Assembly (NCBI GenBank): GCA_043797265.1
Contig: JAZDPV010000003.1
Coordinates: 1 to 37,556 of the forward strand
Source of the DNA: an archaeon
GTDB lineage: Archaea > Nanobdellota > Nanobdellia > Pacearchaeales > GW2011-AR1
Length of the DNA: 37,556 nucleotides
Direction: 5' to 3'
Of the stretch, positions 9,680 through 17,597 are shown one piece after another. The notes below the pieces were generated by a model. That model was given only the letters and a program-made list of their open reading frames with translations, did no database searches and had not been told where the DNA came from. Position numbers and translations under genes: made by a program. How positions within the stretch are numbered: position 1 is the first letter of the stretch; every line of letters starts with the position of its first letter.

Positions 9680-9800
9680 CCTAACCTTGGAACTGGTTAG
9701 GCTACACGTTGATTAATTCACAATTCAATCACGACAATTAGTAGTTTACACGAATATTGAAATGATGGTGATTTACTTTCAATTAATCAACTATATAGTC
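9680..9800 (+). ncRNA. Putative structured 5' segment of the DGR template RNA
   Basis: cctaacc/ggttagg hairpin (9680-9701); gttgattaatt (9708-9718) pairs with aattaatcaac (9781-9791); inner ttcaat/attgaa; TATA-like ttataaaa at 9650-9657. Confidence 0.5.
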
Positions 9801-9886
9801 GGCGTGTCGAGGGTTTATTCCAACGGCCAGGACGCGAACTCGAACAACGAGCATTTAGCGAACTCGAACAGCGACGGCAGAATAGC
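9800..9886 (+). repeat. DGR template repeat (TR)
   Basis: Non-coding copy of the VR with 25 adenines and six AAC codons in the VR frame (GVSRVYSNGQDANSNNEHLANSNSDGRIA); ends 22 nt before the RT start. Confidence 0.95.
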
Positions 9887-9908
9887 TTAATAATCCAGGG
9901 TTATATTT

Positions 9909-10928
9909 ATGAAAACTTACAAAAACATCTATTACAAAATTTACAAATGGGAAAATCTAGTTCTCGCTTTCAGAAAAGCGAGAAAAGGAAAAACAAAAAA
10001 AGATTACGTAAAAAAATTCGAGGAAAACTTAATAGAAAACCTGCAACAACTTCAATTCGAACTAATGACTCAAACCTACAAACCAAAACCACTAAAAACA
10101 TTTATACTTCGCGACCCGAAAACCCGCAAAATATCCAAATCACATTTCAGAGACAGAATTATTCATCACGCACTTTGCAACATAATAGAACCAATCTTCC
10201 AAAAAACTTTCATTCACGATTCTTGCGCAAACCAAAAAAGAAAAGGCAATATTTTCGCAATAAAAAGATTCGACAAATTTAAGAAAAAAGTTTCAAGAAA
10301 CGGGAAACAAAAGGGATGGTTCAACAAAAACCAAGTTAAGGGATATTGTCTAAAAGCAGACATAAAACATTATTTCGAAGAAGTTAACCAAGAAATATTA
10401 ATCAATATAATCAACAAAAAAATAAAAGACAAAAACACAATGTCTTTAATTACAAAAATTATAAAAAATTATAAAAATAAACAAAAAGGCATGCCCCTCG
10501 GAAATTTTACAAGTCAATTCTTCGCAAATATTTACCTCAACGAACTTGATTATTTTACAAAACAAAACCTAAAAACAAAATATTATATAAGATACGTCGA
10601 TGATTTCATAATTTTACATTCAAGTAATTCACAATTAATTATATGGAAAAGAGAAATTAAAATATTCTTAAAGAAAAATCTAAACCTTCAACTTCATCCT
10701 CAAAAATCCCGAATCATTAAATTATCTAACGGAATAGATTTTGTCGGATTTAGAATTTTTTATTATACTAAATTATTAAGAAAAAGGAATATAAGAAAAA
10801 TGCAAAACACAATAAAACAATATAAAAACGGCAAAATAACAAAAAATAAATTAAACGAAATTTATCAAGGTTGGTCAGCTTATGCAAAATGGGCAAATCC
10901 TTTTAAACTTCAAATGAATTTAATATAA
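9909..10928 (+). CDS. DGR-type reverse transcriptase
   Basis: FRDRIIHHAL, KADIKHYF, GMPLGNFTSQFFANIYLNELD (DGR-type GNxTSQ), YIRYVDDF, GIDFVGF; 339 aa with no maturase X/endonuclease extension. Confidence 0.95.
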   Translation: MKTYKNIYYKIYKWENLVLAFRKARKGKTKKDYVKKFEENLIENLQQLQFELMTQTYKPKPLKTFILRDPKTRKISKSHFRDRIIHHALCNIIEPIFQKTFIHDSCANQKRKGNIFAIKRFDKFKKKVSRNGKQKGWFNKNQVKGYCLKADIKHYFEEVNQEILINIINKKIKDKNTMSLITKIIKNYKNKQKGMPLGNFTSQFFANIYLNELDYFTKQNLKTKYYIRYVDDFIILHSSNSQLIIWKREIKIFLKKNLNLQLHPQKSRIIKLSNGIDFVGFRIFYYTKLLRKRNIRKMQNTIKQYKNGKITKNKLNEIYQGWSAYAKWANPFKLQMNLI

Positions 10929-10929
10929 G

Positions 10930-11265
10930 ATGCAACCAATTCCTTATTCCGACTTCGAAAAACTCGACCTCCGCGTCGCCGAAATTATCAAGGCAGAAGA
11001 CATCGAAAACGCAGACAAACTTTACAAACTAACAATCAGCGTCGGTGATTTAGGCGAAAAAACAATCTGTGCCGGCATAAAACAATTCTACGCAAAAGAA
11101 GAACTTCAAAACAAAAAAATAATTATCATAGCAAATCTCGAACCACGAAAACTCCGGGGCATCGAATCTCAAGGAATGCTTCTCGCCGCCGGAAATAAAG
11201 AAACAGACACGTGCATCTTGATAGTTCCAGACAAAGAAATCCCATCAGGAACAAAAATCAGCTAA
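10930..11265 (+). CDS. Stand-alone tRNA-binding OB-fold protein (MetRS C-terminal domain/Trbp111 family)
   Basis: DFEKLDLRVAEI, ADKLYKL, ANLEPRKLRGIESQGMLLAA. Confidence 0.92.
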   Translation: MQPIPYSDFEKLDLRVAEIIKAEDIENADKLYKLTISVGDLGEKTICAGIKQFYAKEELQNKKIIIIANLEPRKLRGIESQGMLLAAGNKETDTCILIVPDKEIPSGTKIS

Positions 11266-12073
11266 CAATATATTTACCGCCGATATTCCGCAACCTCTCA
11301 TGCCTCCTCTTGACCAACTCGTCCGCAGAAATCTTCTTCAACTCGTTATACACCCTAACCACTTCCTTCCCAACATTCACAAAAGTTTCATGATAATTCA
11401 AATGAGCACCTTCGCGAGGTTCCGGGATTATCCCGTCGACAACTCCCAATTCAAGACATTTTTCCGCTGTTAATTGCAAAGCCTCCGCCGCCTCTCTCGC
11501 TTTTTTGCCATCACGCCAAAGAATCCCCGCACAACCCTCAGGAGAAATAACAGAATAAATCGAATTCTCAAGCATGCACACTCTATCCCAACCCATTATC
11601 CCTAACGCCCCGCCACTCCCACCCTCGCCAATAATTACGGAAATCATCGGCACTTTCATCATAGACATCTCCATCAAATTTTTCGCGATAGCACTGGCCT
11701 GCCCTCGCTCCTCAGCGCCAATTCCCGGAAAAGCCCCCGGCGTATCAATAAAAGAAACTATCGGCCTCCCAAACTTTTCAGCCAATTTCATCTTCACAAG
11801 CGCCTTGCGATACCCCTCGGGATGAGCCTGCCCAAAATTATACAAAACTTTCCCATTCGTATCTCTCCCCTTCCTGTGTCCGACAATCATAAACTTTTCA
11901 TACCCAATAGTTCCCCACCCAGTATAAATCGTAGGGTCGTCCCGAAAACACCTGTCCCCATGCAACTCCAAAGAATTCCAAACAAGCCCGTTCAAATAAT
12001 CCTCGAGCCTCGGTCTGTCCTTGTGTCTGGCCAATTCCACAATTTCCCACGCCGACATTTTACCCTCGCCCAT
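11258..12073 (-). CDS. accA: Acetyl-CoA carboxylase carboxyltransferase alpha subunit (bacterial type, short N-terminus)
   Basis: ELHGDR, HPEGYRKAL, IDTPGAFPGIGAEERGQ, IGEGGSGGALG, YSVISPEGCAGILW. Confidence 0.93.
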   Translation of the reverse strand: MGEGKMSAWEIVELARHKDRPRLEDYLNGLVWNSLELHGDRCFRDDPTIYTGWGTIGYEKFMIVGHRKGRDTNGKVLYNFGQAHPEGYRKALVKMKLAEKFGRPIVSFIDTPGAFPGIGAEERGQASAIAKNLMEMSMMKVPMISVIIGEGGSGGALGIMGWDRVCMLENSIYSVISPEGCAGILWRDGKKAREAAEALQLTAEKCLELGVVDGIIPEPREGAHLNYHETFVNVGKEVVRVYNELKKISADELVKRRHERLRNIGGKYIVS

Positions 12074-12085
12074 TTTATCACAGAA

Positions 12086-12838
12086 TTAAATTCTCAACCA
12101 CCTATTCAAAAACCCTTTCCTCTCGACAATCCTCTCTCCCGAAATCTTGCGCGCAATCTCAAAATATTTTTTCGAAACCTTGCTCCTCGGATGAGTATGG
12201 CAAACAGCATCTCTCAAATTCAACGCTTCCTTGACCGCCTTGTCCTCCGGCACAACCCCGATAATCTGTGTCTCCAGCATCGACCTAATCGAACTCAACG
12301 GCATTTCGTAACTCGCATTATTATGCCGCGTCACAATAACACCATTAACATTCTTCCCCATTCCGCGCGCAACCTTGATGGCCTTCAACGCGTCAGTCAC
12401 CGCCGGCATTTCAGGATTTGTGACAACAATAATCTCATCGGCCGATTCAAGCGCAACAATAACCTCGTCGCCAAACCCAGCCGCCGAATCAATAATCACA
12501 TAATCACAAATTTGCCCCAGCTTCTTAATGGCATCAGGAATTCTCTTTGTATTAAATTTCGTCAACTCTTTAATAGACAAACTCGACGGAACAATCTTGG
12601 TTCCGGACGAATGCTCATAAACCGCATCCTCAATATCCGCCTTCCCCTTCAAAACATGATTCAAAGTTATCGGAACAATCGGCGCTCCCAACTGTAATCC
12701 AATATTCGGCGTGTTCAAATTAGCGTCGACAATTATAACTTCTTTCCCTAACTTATTCAAAGAAGCTCCCAAATTTATTGCAGTAGTTGTCTTGCCAACC
12801 CCACCCTTTCCCGAATTTATAGTGATTATCCTCGCCAT
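12086..12838 (-). CDS. minD: Archaeal MinD-family ATPase
   Basis: SGKGGVGKTT deviant Walker A, IIDSAAG, VVTNPEMPAVTDALK, C-terminal amphipathic KGFLNRWLRI. Confidence 0.9.
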   Translation of the reverse strand: MARIITINSGKGGVGKTTTAINLGASLNKLGKEVIIVDANLNTPNIGLQLGAPIVPITLNHVLKGKADIEDAVYEHSSGTKIVPSSLSIKELTKFNTKRIPDAIKKLGQICDYVIIDSAAGFGDEVIVALESADEIIVVTNPEMPAVTDALKAIKVARGMGKNVNGVIVTRHNNASYEMPLSSIRSMLETQIIGVVPEDKAVKEALNLRDAVCHTHPRSKVSKKYFEIARKISGERIVERKGFLNRWLRI

Positions 12839-12881
12839 TCTGAACAAACGTGTAACTACCACAAAAAATTGCTTTATAAAT

Positions 12882-13325
12882 TTATTTAGATAGAAGGCTT
12901 CTAACCTCGTTCACAAACTTGTCGACAATTTCATAATACTCTCCCAGTTTGTCCATGTTAATTTCCGTCGTCTTCGCGGCCTCAAACACTTTCAGATTAA
13001 CATTCTTCCGAAATTCCCCCTCCCTCGCTTTCTTCAAATCCGGCACCCTCTTGAAAAAAATATACAACGGAATAACTTCTTGAACAACAGAATTTTTCTT
13101 AAAATATTTTTTCATAAACTCAACCTTTTGCTTAGGATTCGTCGACATCGCAGGAATTTTCCCTTTCTCAACCAAGTTCCTCAAGAGCGCATCAAAACAC
13201 AATTCAATCAAACTTTTCCACCGCGCCAGCAAATTCAAAATAACATCACAAGTCTTGGTATACTTCAAGCTGACATACAAAAGATGGTCAGCGCTAGTTT
13301 TCTCTTTAATAATCTCTTCAATCAT
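12882..13325 (-). CDS. Hypothetical protein (helical)
   Basis: 147-aa ORF in an operon-like run; no confidently recognised motif. Confidence 0.7.
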   Translation of the reverse strand: MIEEIIKEKTSADHLLYVSLKYTKTCDVILNLLARWKSLIELCFDALLRNLVEKGKIPAMSTNPKQKVEFMKKYFKKNSVVQEVIPLYIFFKRVPDLKKAREGEFRKNVNLKVFEAAKTTEINMDKLGEYYEIVDKFVNEVRSLLSK

Positions 13326-13364
13326 AACGCCCCCTAAGCAAAAGTGACAACAGCATCCACCTTT

Positions 13365-13778
13365 TTATATCTGTCGAAAATTCCTGTCAAAAATTTTAAT
13401 CCCGTCCCCGACAGATTTCACAAATTCCCTAATTCTATCAACCGTCAAAATCCTATATTTCCCATCGACCAACAAAATAATTTTATCCCTCCGGGCATAC
13501 TCAATCGGCGAACTCCTCTGCGCCCTCTCAATTTCCAAAATCCTGAACAAATTCTCACAAGTCGCCCCATCAACATATTTCAACAAAACATTTCTCCAAT
13601 CCCCTCGAGAATTTTCTCTTTTCACAAAAGCCCCAACTAAATTCGAAGTCGCCCGAGCCGCCTCTCGAATTATCCCAATCAAAAACCGCTTGTCCCCAAC
13701 CTCGTCATAACTAGCCAACATCCGTCCCGCCACAGCCAAATGATATTTCGCATCTACAAAATCCTTTATGTAGTCCAT
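13365..13778 (-). CDS. Hypothetical protein, possibly a distant paralog of 12882-13325
   Basis: 137-aa ORF of similar size and layout to its neighbour. Confidence 0.65.
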   Translation of the reverse strand: MDYIKDFVDAKYHLAVAGRMLASYDEVGDKRFLIGIIREAARATSNLVGAFVKRENSRGDWRNVLLKYVDGATCENLFRILEIERAQRSSPIEYARRDKIILLVDGKYRILTVDRIREFVKSVGDGIKIFDRNFRQI

Positions 13779-13812
13779 AACACAAAATTCAAGAAAGAGT
13801 ATATATTAATTC

Positions 13813-14154
13813 CTATACTCCACCCAACTCAACAATTGCCTCGGCAATATCCCCGCCAACTTTCTCCAACATCTCCCTAACTTCTTCAAGTGACTTCCCC
13901 GTCTTCTCCATCACCATCTTAACATCATCTTCTGAAATCTGATTTCTGAAATCTGACTCCTCATTTCGAGTTTCTCCAGAAACTTGAAATGAAACCTGCC
14001 CCTGCATCGAAATTTTCGTAACACTCGGCTCCTCAATCACCAAATTTCCATCATCCATCTCAAACACAACTCTCTTCACCGGCAGATTAACCTGAGAAAT
14101 CCCCATCTTCTTCATCATCCCCTGCATCTTCGCCGGACTCATCCCACCAAACAT
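13813..14154 (-). CDS. nac: Nascent polypeptide-associated complex protein
   Basis: MMKKMGI, IEEPSVTKISMQGQVSFQVSG, C-terminal UBA-like ISEDDVKMV...GGDIAEAIVEL. Confidence 0.92.
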   Translation of the reverse strand: MFGGMSPAKMQGMMKKMGISQVNLPVKRVVFEMDDGNLVIEEPSVTKISMQGQVSFQVSGETRNEESDFRNQISEDDVKMVMEKTGKSLEEVREMLEKVGGDIAEAIVELGGV

Positions 14155-14184
14155 AATCCCAATAAAAATACTTAATTTATAAAG

Positions 14185-14583
14185 CTATGGACTATCTAAC
14201 ATTGTATACCCTCTTTCGTCAAGTGCCTTTACCAATTCCGAAGGCAAACCTCTCCCCGAAGGTTGTGTAGCAATTCTCAAACGTAATTGATATGCATAAT
14301 CTGACAATGGAGCACCCCCACCTCTGAAACATTGCAATATATTATCATTAACTTTCACTTCACACAAAACATCTCCACCAAAAACATCTCCACCAAAAAT
14401 AATCCCTGAACTAATACGCCCGCTCCCAAAATCATTTTTTTTTAAAAAAGAATTTTCAGCCATCCAGTCCCTAAAAGTATCCTCTTCAATAGGCCTACCT
14501 TGACCACTATATCTTTCAACATCATTTCTGTGCGGCGACTCAACTTGCAAATAAACTGGGGAAACAAATTTAAATAAATCCAT
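14185..14583 (-). CDS. Hypothetical protein
   Basis: ~132-aa ORF filling the gap, with an AT-rich promoter-like sequence upstream. Confidence 0.55.
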   Translation of the reverse strand: MDLFKFVSPVYLQVESPHRNDVERYSGQGRPIEEDTFRDWMAENSFLKKNDFGSGRISSGIIFGGDVFGGDVLCEVKVNDNILQCFRGGGAPLSDYAYQLRLRIATQPSGRGLPSELVKALDERGYTMLDSP

Positions 14584-14649
14584 AACTAAAACAAAAAACA
14601 TGTCTTTATAATAATAATTATATTCTAATATATATTTCCACCAAACATC

Positions 14650-14808
14650 TTACCCGTAAAAAATTCGCAGCCCAACGACGAGAACAATCACCGCAATAAT
14701 CATCCCAACCACTGCCCCCGGCCCGAACTTCAATTTAGAATCATACTCTTCCTTGTAACGCATCAACCCACCGAACCCCGCCGGCATCGAAACCGAATTA
14801 TCAGCCAT
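14650..14808 (-). CDS. secG: Preprotein translocase subunit Sec61-beta (52 aa, below the ORF-track cutoff)
   Basis: Manual translation MADNSVSMPAGFGGLMRYKEEYDSKLKFGPGAVVGMIIAVIVLVVGLRIFYG; GLxRY..E motif plus a single TM helix. Confidence 0.88.
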   Translation of the reverse strand: MADNSVSMPAGFGGLMRYKEEYDSKLKFGPGAVVGMIIAVIVLVVGLRIFYG

Positions 14809-14830
14809 GCATCAACATAAAACTTCTAAT

Positions 14831-15472
14831 TTATAAAAGTTTGCCAAGCACCTCATCCTCCCTCACCCGACTCCGCCCAACACTCTGCCCAAAACTAACC
14901 AAAATCCAATTAATCGAATTCCAATATTCCCTCGGAAACAACTTCTTCAAATCCTTTTCAACCCTATGCGACTCTTCCTCTTTCGTCCAACCCATCTTCC
15001 GCGAAATCCGACCAACATGCGTGTCAACTCCAATCGCCGCCGCATTTCTCGACGCAACCAAATAAACATTCGCCGTCTTCCTCCCAACTCCTGGCAACTT
15101 CATTAACTCTCTAACTATATCCTCCGTCTTCCTGATACCTGAATTCTGAAATCTGACACCTCGCGAAACAAGAATTTTCGCAGTTTCGCGAATATTCTTC
15201 GCCTTAGTTTTATAATAATTAATCGACCCAATATCTTTCTCAATCTTGCCCAAATCAGCACCAGCCAAATTTTCAACTCTCGGATATTTCTCAAACAATT
15301 TTTCGCAAACAGCGACGGTCTTACTATCTCTTGTCTGCGCCGACAAAATAATCGCAATCAAAGTTTTCCAATCCTCACCCCATCCCTCAGCCGCCAACCT
15401 CGGACTCTCCCCAAACTCCTCAACCAACCTCTCAATCGCCTTCAATTGCCGAACCGCCAATTCAGAATCCAT
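14831..15472 (-). CDS. nth: Endonuclease III (HhH-GPD glycosylase) lacking the C-terminal Fe-S motif
   Basis: LIAIILSAQTRD, HhH LMKLPGVGRKTAN, VDTHVGRIS. Confidence 0.9.
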   Translation of the reverse strand: MDSELAVRQLKAIERLVEEFGESPRLAAEGWGEDWKTLIAIILSAQTRDSKTVAVCEKLFEKYPRVENLAGADLGKIEKDIGSINYYKTKAKNIRETAKILVSRGVRFQNSGIRKTEDIVRELMKLPGVGRKTANVYLVASRNAAAIGVDTHVGRISRKMGWTKEEESHRVEKDLKKLFPREYWNSINWILVSFGQSVGRSRVREDEVLGKLL

Positions 15473-15475
15473 AAA

Positions 15476-16021
15476 TCAAGAATCAAAAAATTCTTCAACC
15501 TCATTCTTTTTTAGCCTGACAAATTTATCACAAACTTTTTTCAAATGATAAGAAAACTTATTCTCAAATCCAATATTTTCAACACGCTTCCCAATTTCCT
15601 GAACAGCATCAACCGCAGGAACAAAATCCCCATCGGAAGAAACCAAAATCGCCGTATCATAAAAATCCTTGTAAGCAAACTTAACCATATCAACAGCCAA
15701 ATGAATGTCATCTTCTTTAACTTGATAAATTATTTTCCCATCAATTTTTACTTTTTGCATTCTGCATAAAATCAATTCAAAATTTTGAATCTCTCGCAAC
15801 TTCTCAAAAAATTTTTGTTGCGAACGATACGCCATATTATTTTTATTCCTATCCAAAGGACAATTATAATAATAAACTTTCATCAAATTTCTATCCCCAA
15901 TAATTCTTTTCAAAAATTTTCTAAAATTAAATTCTATTTGTTTTTTACTCGAACACAATTTTTTAACTATATGATATAAATTACTTCCATCAATAAAAAC
16001 AACAGCCCTTTCTTTTTCCAT
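15476..16021 (-). CDS. NYN-domain (LabA/DUF88, PIN-like) nuclease
   Basis: VFIDGSNLY, KEDDIHLAVDM, AILVSSDGDFVPAV; start at MEKER. Confidence 0.9.
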   Translation of the reverse strand: MEKERAVVFIDGSNLYHIVKKLCSSKKQIEFNFRKFLKRIIGDRNLMKVYYYNCPLDRNKNNMAYRSQQKFFEKLREIQNFELILCRMQKVKIDGKIIYQVKEDDIHLAVDMVKFAYKDFYDTAILVSSDGDFVPAVDAVQEIGKRVENIGFENKFSYHLKKVCDKFVRLKKNEVEEFFDS

Positions 16022-16057
16022 AAAAGTCCACAGAAAAAAGATTAATAAATATTTAGA

Positions 16058-16135
16058 AAATAACTTGGGTTTGCAGTACAATCCCAAGGGGTATATAAAA
16101 ACCCAGGGTTGCCAAAGCAAGCCTGGGGGGTATAT
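16058..16135 (-). repeat. Two tandem ~39-nt hairpin units upstream of the NYN gene (candidate small RNA)
   Basis: On the minus strand each unit reads ATATACCCC + stem-loop (cccagg/cctggg; cttggg/cccaag) + T-rich tail; TATA-like box at 16157-16164. Confidence 0.6.
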
Positions 16136-16173
16136 GATTATTTCAGAAATTCAGAGTTTAAATAATTTTGGGT

Positions 16174-16257
16174 TCAGCGTCTCGACCACTCACCAAAATC
16201 CCCAACCAACTTCTCAATCGCCTTCAATTGCCGAACCGCCTTTTCAGAATCCATCAT
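16174..16257 (-). pseudogene. Orphan duplicated 5' fragment of nth
   Basis: 16203-16254 matches 15421-15472 at 49/52 nt; translates MMDSEKAVRQLKAIEKLVGDFGEWSRR* versus Nth MDSELAVRQLKAIERLVEEFGESPR. Confidence 0.85.
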
Positions 16258-16285
16258 AAATTACCTACCAACTAATTACTATCAA

Positions 16286-17575
16286 CTACTCACTCTTCGA
16301 CGAAATTCGTCGAAGTCCCCCCATATAACCCCACAAAACTTTCGGAATCTTAATCGACCCATCCTTCTCCTGATTATTTTCCATCAACGCAATCAAAGCC
16401 CGAGGCGACGCGACAACCGTATTATTCAAAGTATGCGCGAAATAATTTCCCTTCCCGCCATTAATTCTAATCCCAAGCCGACGCGCCTGCGCATCCGTCA
16501 AATTTGAGCAACTCCCGACCTCAAAATATTTTTTCTGCCTCGGCGACCAAGCTTCAACATCGCACGACTTCGCCTTCAAATCCGCCAAATCTCCCGAGCA
16601 ACATTCCAGTTTCCGCACCGGAATATCCAAACTCCTGAAAAACTCGACGGTAAAATTCAGCATTTTCTCATACCAATCATAACTTTCCGACGGCTCGCAA
16701 ACAACAATCATCTCTTGCTTCTCAAACTGGTGAACTCGATACAACCCGCGCTCCTCAATCCCATGCGCCCCCTTCTCTTTCCGAAAACACGGCGAATAAC
16801 TCGTCATCGCAAATGGCAAATCCCCCTTCTTCAAAACCCGCTCCTTAAACATCCCAATCATCGAATGCTCGCTCGTCCCAATCAAATACAAATCTTCGTC
16901 GGCAATTTTATACATCATTACATCCATCTCATCAAAACTCATAACTCCCGTCACAACATCGGCTTTAATCATGAACGGCGGCACAACATATTCAAAACCT
17001 TTCCCAATCATAAAATCCCGAGCGTAACTCAAAATCGCCGAATGCAACCGAGCAACATCTCCCTTCAAAAAATAAAATCCCTGCCCCGACGTCTTCCTCG
17101 AACTCTCCAAATCCAACCCACCAAATTTCTCAGCCAAATCAACGTGATTAAAAATTTCATAACTCGGAACCTTCGCCTCGCCAAATTTTTTCAACTCAAC
17201 GTTCTCAGAATCATCCTTCCCCGACGGCACCGACGCATCAATCATATTCGGAATCTTCATCATAATCTCGCGAATTTCTCTCGCCAACTTCTCAGATTTC
17301 ACCTCAACCTTTTCAATCTTCCCGGGAATTTCTTTTGCCTTCAAAATCAATTTTTTCGCATCAGCTTTCTTTCCGGCTTTCATCAACTCATTCACCGACT
17401 CAGAAATCCGATTTCTCTCGGCCCTCAAATCATCAACACCTTTCTTTTGTTTTCGCCACTTCGCATCCAAATCCAAAATCCTGTCAACCAAAATCAATTT
17501 GTCATTCTGAAATTTTTTCCGAATATTCTCCCTCACCAACTCCGGACTCTCTCTAATTAATTTAATATCTATCAT
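16286..17575 (-). CDS. serS: Seryl-tRNA synthetase
   Basis: MIDIKLIRE N-terminal coiled arm, LIGTSEH, motif 2 CFRKE..RGLYRVHQFEKQE, motif 3 HTLNNT..PRALIALMEN. Confidence 0.96.
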   Translation of the reverse strand: MIDIKLIRESPELVRENIRKKFQNDKLILVDRILDLDAKWRKQKKGVDDLRAERNRISESVNELMKAGKKADAKKLILKAKEIPGKIEKVEVKSEKLAREIREIMMKIPNMIDASVPSGKDDSENVELKKFGEAKVPSYEIFNHVDLAEKFGGLDLESSRKTSGQGFYFLKGDVARLHSAILSYARDFMIGKGFEYVVPPFMIKADVVTGVMSFDEMDVMMYKIADEDLYLIGTSEHSMIGMFKERVLKKGDLPFAMTSYSPCFRKEKGAHGIEERGLYRVHQFEKQEMIVVCEPSESYDWYEKMLNFTVEFFRSLDIPVRKLECCSGDLADLKAKSCDVEAWSPRQKKYFEVGSCSNLTDAQARRLGIRINGGKGNYFAHTLNNTVVASPRALIALMENNQEKDGSIKIPKVLWGYMGGLRRISSKSE

Positions 17576-17597
17576 CAAAACAAAAACAGCCAACAAT

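Larger units (their letters stand above)
8819..10928 (+). mobile_element. Diversity-generating retroelement (target gene with VR - structured spacer - TR - RT)
   Basis: TR/VR pair with adenine-only mismatches, adjacent to a DGR-type reverse transcriptase. Confidence 0.95.

Noticed and set aside
9909-10928. RT as a group II intron maturase, retron or CRISPR-associated RT
   Set aside because: Short RT with a GNFTSQ motif, no X/En domain, no retron VTG motif, no cas genes, and an adjacent adenine-specific TR/VR pair.
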